Made by a program: the position numbers and the translations under genes
In this document: positions 60,945 through 64,000 of the stretch, in pieces
How positions within the stretch are numbered: the first letter of the stretch is position 1
How the letters are laid out: each line of letters opens with the position of its first letter
Notes under the pieces: generated by a model
Seen by the model: only the letters and a program-made list of their open reading frames with translations
Databases searched by the model: none
Told to the model about the DNA's origin: nothing
Assembly (NCBI GenBank): GCA_002633005.1
Contig: NMRA01000139.1
Span: 1-64,000 of the forward strand
From: Phoronis australis
Lineage: Eukaryota; Animalia; Phoronida
Length of the DNA stretch: 64,000 nt
Direction: 5' to 3'

Positions 60945-62108
60945 AGGAGAAGGCAACCTTTTTCATGTCATTTTCACGGGGTGACGCACGGTTGCTGCAC
61001 ACCCGAATGTACTCATTATCGCCTCGCGCACTTTGGGTATGCCATTACACCGCTTTCTGAAAGATTACACGCTCCGCCGTACTTGGCTTGTTTGTTTGAA
61101 GAACGTAGCGTTACCCGGTCCACGCTGCATACAAACCAGTGGAGAATTACCGAGTGTGTGACAAGAATGTTCTGCTGTTGTGTTACGAAAGAGATATGTA
61201 CGCAGAACTGACGACGGTTCCTGCAAAGCAACACCTGAAGAAGGGTGCTATACTGTCGCTGTTGATTGCAGGCAGTGCCTCGTCACCACCCCTGAGAAGT
61301 GCATTTTTGAAGCGATTAGCCTCTATAGCTTTGGCCTCTACAGTGACCGGAGTCTCTTCATCTACTGTCACCCGTGCCTCCGAGCGTACCCCAGAGCGTG
61401 CACTTCTGGGAACAAGCAGGGATTCGCCTTGCACTTGTGTTGTCTCCAACCCGGCAGCGATGTTGAGTAGTGGGAGTGAATACAGGCCAAGTTCGACACC
61501 GAGTGAAGAGGACAGTTCGTCGTCCAGTGATTGTTTAGGCCGGTGACCCGATCTTTTATATGTTTATTGTGGAGTAGTATTGGAACTATTTAAAAGATGC
61601 CAGGTGTGTGGCGAGGGTAGCACGGCTGGGTGTAAGCGGTTTGGGTTCCCAGGTAGCCGTACAGTGGGAACAGCGTAGGCATTCCACTGAGGACGGCATA
61701 ACAACGCACACCTTGCATTTTCACCACGACTTTCCACCACGTCTGTCCTCAGTCTCAGCCTCATCCCTGTCAGCAGCTACCTGCATTCTGCCTCACTATA
61801 CTCGGGCTCAAACATATAACCACCCACTGTTACTACAAACTAACAGATTCCTAAATACAACCTAATTGAGTTCTCTAACAATCTAGCTTGTCGTAGAATA
61901 ATCATCGATGGGAATTGGTGACGACAATTTTAGGAAACTAGCACAAAAAACAGTAGAACAGGTCCTCACAATAACTCGAACGAAAAAGAAAGGAAATGGC
62001 GGGAAATTCGTAACCCCCTAGACGTCACTTCCGGAGTAGTGCACGACTAACTGATAAAATTACGGGGAACCGTAATTATAACTGAAGCATATGTCTCAGA
62101 TAATCAAT
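60945..62108 (+). mobile_element. Second, older copy of the 31068-32759 Kolobok family
   Basis: Left TIR start AGGAGAAGGCAACCTTTTTCATGTCATTTT; collinear THAP and KolX remnants; right TIR truncated. Confidence 0.88.
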
Positions 62109-62192
62109 AGGCGTTTATAATAGTTGTATTGGCAATACTAGGTTCACACTTAGAGCAGTTCGAGTATGTCTCCCCAACTTCCCAATGGCATC

Positions 62193-62489
62193 TTATACGT
62201 TTGCAAAGCCTGGACAACGAATGACGTAACTAAAGGCTTGCGAGCATATTTCAGTTTTTGGGAAGGTCTCATTCGGAGAAACACGCGTTCTCAATCTTAT
62301 GTGTTCTGGAAATTGTTTTAGGTTCATGAAAAGGTAGCCAAAGGGTTCTTTTTTGGCATCGACAAACGCGTCCTGTTTGAATCTGCTATTCCCAGGATAC
62401 ATTGGCTTAGCCAGGGGCGGAATTTGTGTTTTATCCGGGATGGTTTTAGAGAGTACTGGGTAATGCGCGTTTAAGATAATGGTGGTCAT
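62193..62489 (-). pseudogene. Maverick/Polinton DNA-packaging ATPase C-terminal fragment
   Basis: LNAHY.VL....DKTQI..LAK.MYPGNSRF...AF.DA.KEPFGYLF..L....EHIRLRTR. Confidence 0.8.
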
Positions 62490-62653
62490 CTCCTTGCTTT
62501 TTAGAGTTTTCTAAGTTTGAACGTTCCGGCGTCGCAATTTATGTCAATGTGAAAAAGTAAAACACACACAATTTGGTTGACAGAACTTTGTGACCTCCAC
62601 TCAAATTTTCCTTAAGAACAGTAGCCAACACCACACGAAACACTTCTAGAAGC

Positions 62654-62935
62654 AAGGGCGCACCCAGGAGGCTCACGGGGCTAGAACAAGCCCCCCCAAT
62701 TTGGGGAATTGGGAAAAAAGGTCCGCTTCAGCAAAACCAAAAGTCCGAGTTTTCGATACAAAAGTTCAAAAAGTCTACAGGAATTCTGCTCGGATGCACA
62801 ATTCGTAGGTCTGAACCTAGTGGCCCGTTTTTTGTTTTTTTTTTTTTTAGTCCTCATTCATTTTTGTTAGTAAGAGGTGCGCATACCGAACAATTCGAGC
62901 CCCTCAACATTTTAGGTTGGGTGCGTGTGCGCATG
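62654..62935 (-). mobile_element. Dispersed MITE, copy 3 of 3 (inverted)
   Basis: Inverted similarity to 9961-10220 and 44465-44725. Confidence 0.55.
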
Positions 62936-63544
62936 AGAAGGTAAAACTTAAATGGCCGCCAAGACACTTGCATTTATTGAAGCTCAAAATATGCATATGT
63001 GCACCTCAAATTGTAAGCATTCTGAAAATGCTTCACGGCACATTTACTAGTATAATAATTCCAAGTACTGTATATAAAACGGGTGCTTGGAGTAAAGTCC
63101 CCTATAAACTTTCATTCTTCTGTTGAGGGGGCGCAACACAAAAGGAGCTCGCCACCAGGATAGTCTCTTCTCATCGTTCATCCGTGATAGGCTCTTACTT
63201 TTAAGACATTTTTTTTTTTAAGAAGGCCGCGATTGCCATCAATACACTCTTTTGCTCTTTTGTCACGTTAGCGCTTTCATAATTGACAGAAGTGCAGTAG
63301 CTCACGCGGCAACCCCTGTCACCAGTTAGATCGGCGATACGTCCTTCGCTAGCCACAAGGAACATCGATATCTCCGACAATTCCATTAGTACAACGTCAG
63401 TTACAAGTCCGTGGTTGTCATCTGTGTCACGAGATTCCCACTTTTTATTTGTTAAAGAACTTTCGGGTTCGGTTTCTGCTGCATTTGTATCATACCCTGG
63501 GTCACCAGTACCATAATTGTAAATATGAATTCAGATTTTACCAA

Positions 63545-64000
63545 TAATTTGACGTCACACACGCAATATGCATTAGTGAACTCAAGAGTTTTAATTTGAC
63601 CCCATTTTTAGGACAATGGCAAATTTTTCTAGTAACAGAGTCCGTGCATCCGTAGGACGCTTTTAATTTTAGATACAACTGTGTTTGGAAAATAAAATGT
63701 GCTTTTGACTCAAATGTTACTGAATGCAAACACCAGCATATGAACAAGATTATGCATTCCGTTTCATGTTGACACCAAAACCTACACATTCTTAGGAAAT
63801 CAAAACATTTTGCTGTTATGTGTACACCCTTAGGCAATGATTGTGCCAAACTAAGTTCAAATTTGATCTATGTCGTTATGGCATTTTTTACGTAATATCT
63901 TTTTGCGAAATGCAACATTACCATCCGTTTAGAGCATAGAAAGAATATCATCAATCGAGACGCTACACTAAAATTTCGTAAAGTCCTGCACGTGTTTTTA
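63545..64000 (-). repeat. Second copy of the 18260-18670 segment, probable Maverick relic
   Basis: Direct nucleotide similarity; runs off the window edge. Confidence 0.55.

Overview
Eukaryotic, AT-rich, repeat-dense draft-assembly sequence with spliceosomal introns and N gaps, most likely from an invertebrate animal. It holds two host genes. (1) On the minus strand, 11 GT-AG exons (14559 down to 1283) encode the molybdopterin-binding half of an aldehyde-oxidase-like xanthine oxidoreductase family protein; its 3' end runs off the left edge and I could not find its 5' exons. (2) On the plus strand, a GH20 hexosaminidase D-like gene (50274-59361) has an N-terminal membrane anchor and probably one exon hidden in an N gap. 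Between them lie about 35 kb of nested transposon debris. This includes a degraded Gypsy LTR element (5' LTR plus tRNA-His PBS) interrupted by a MITE that itself holds an ISL2EU element (THAP plus SAP/YqaJ), by a young Kolobok derivative (THAP plus KolX/P2X7-tail-like ORF) and by a tRNA SINE. There are also three more Kolobok remnants, a hAT transposase pseudogene, Maverick/Polinton integrase and ATPase relics, L1/Tx1 fragments and several MITEs. The main leads are: repeated THAP-plus-partner deletion derivatives with mirrored sub-terminal promoter-like motifs; an asymmetric TCAA/TTAA Kolobok target site; templated sequence exchange at the Gypsy 5' junction; and two Penelope-type minimal hammerhead ribozymes in the sense strand of the hexosaminidase intron. 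All family assignments come from recognising motifs by eye, not from database searches.
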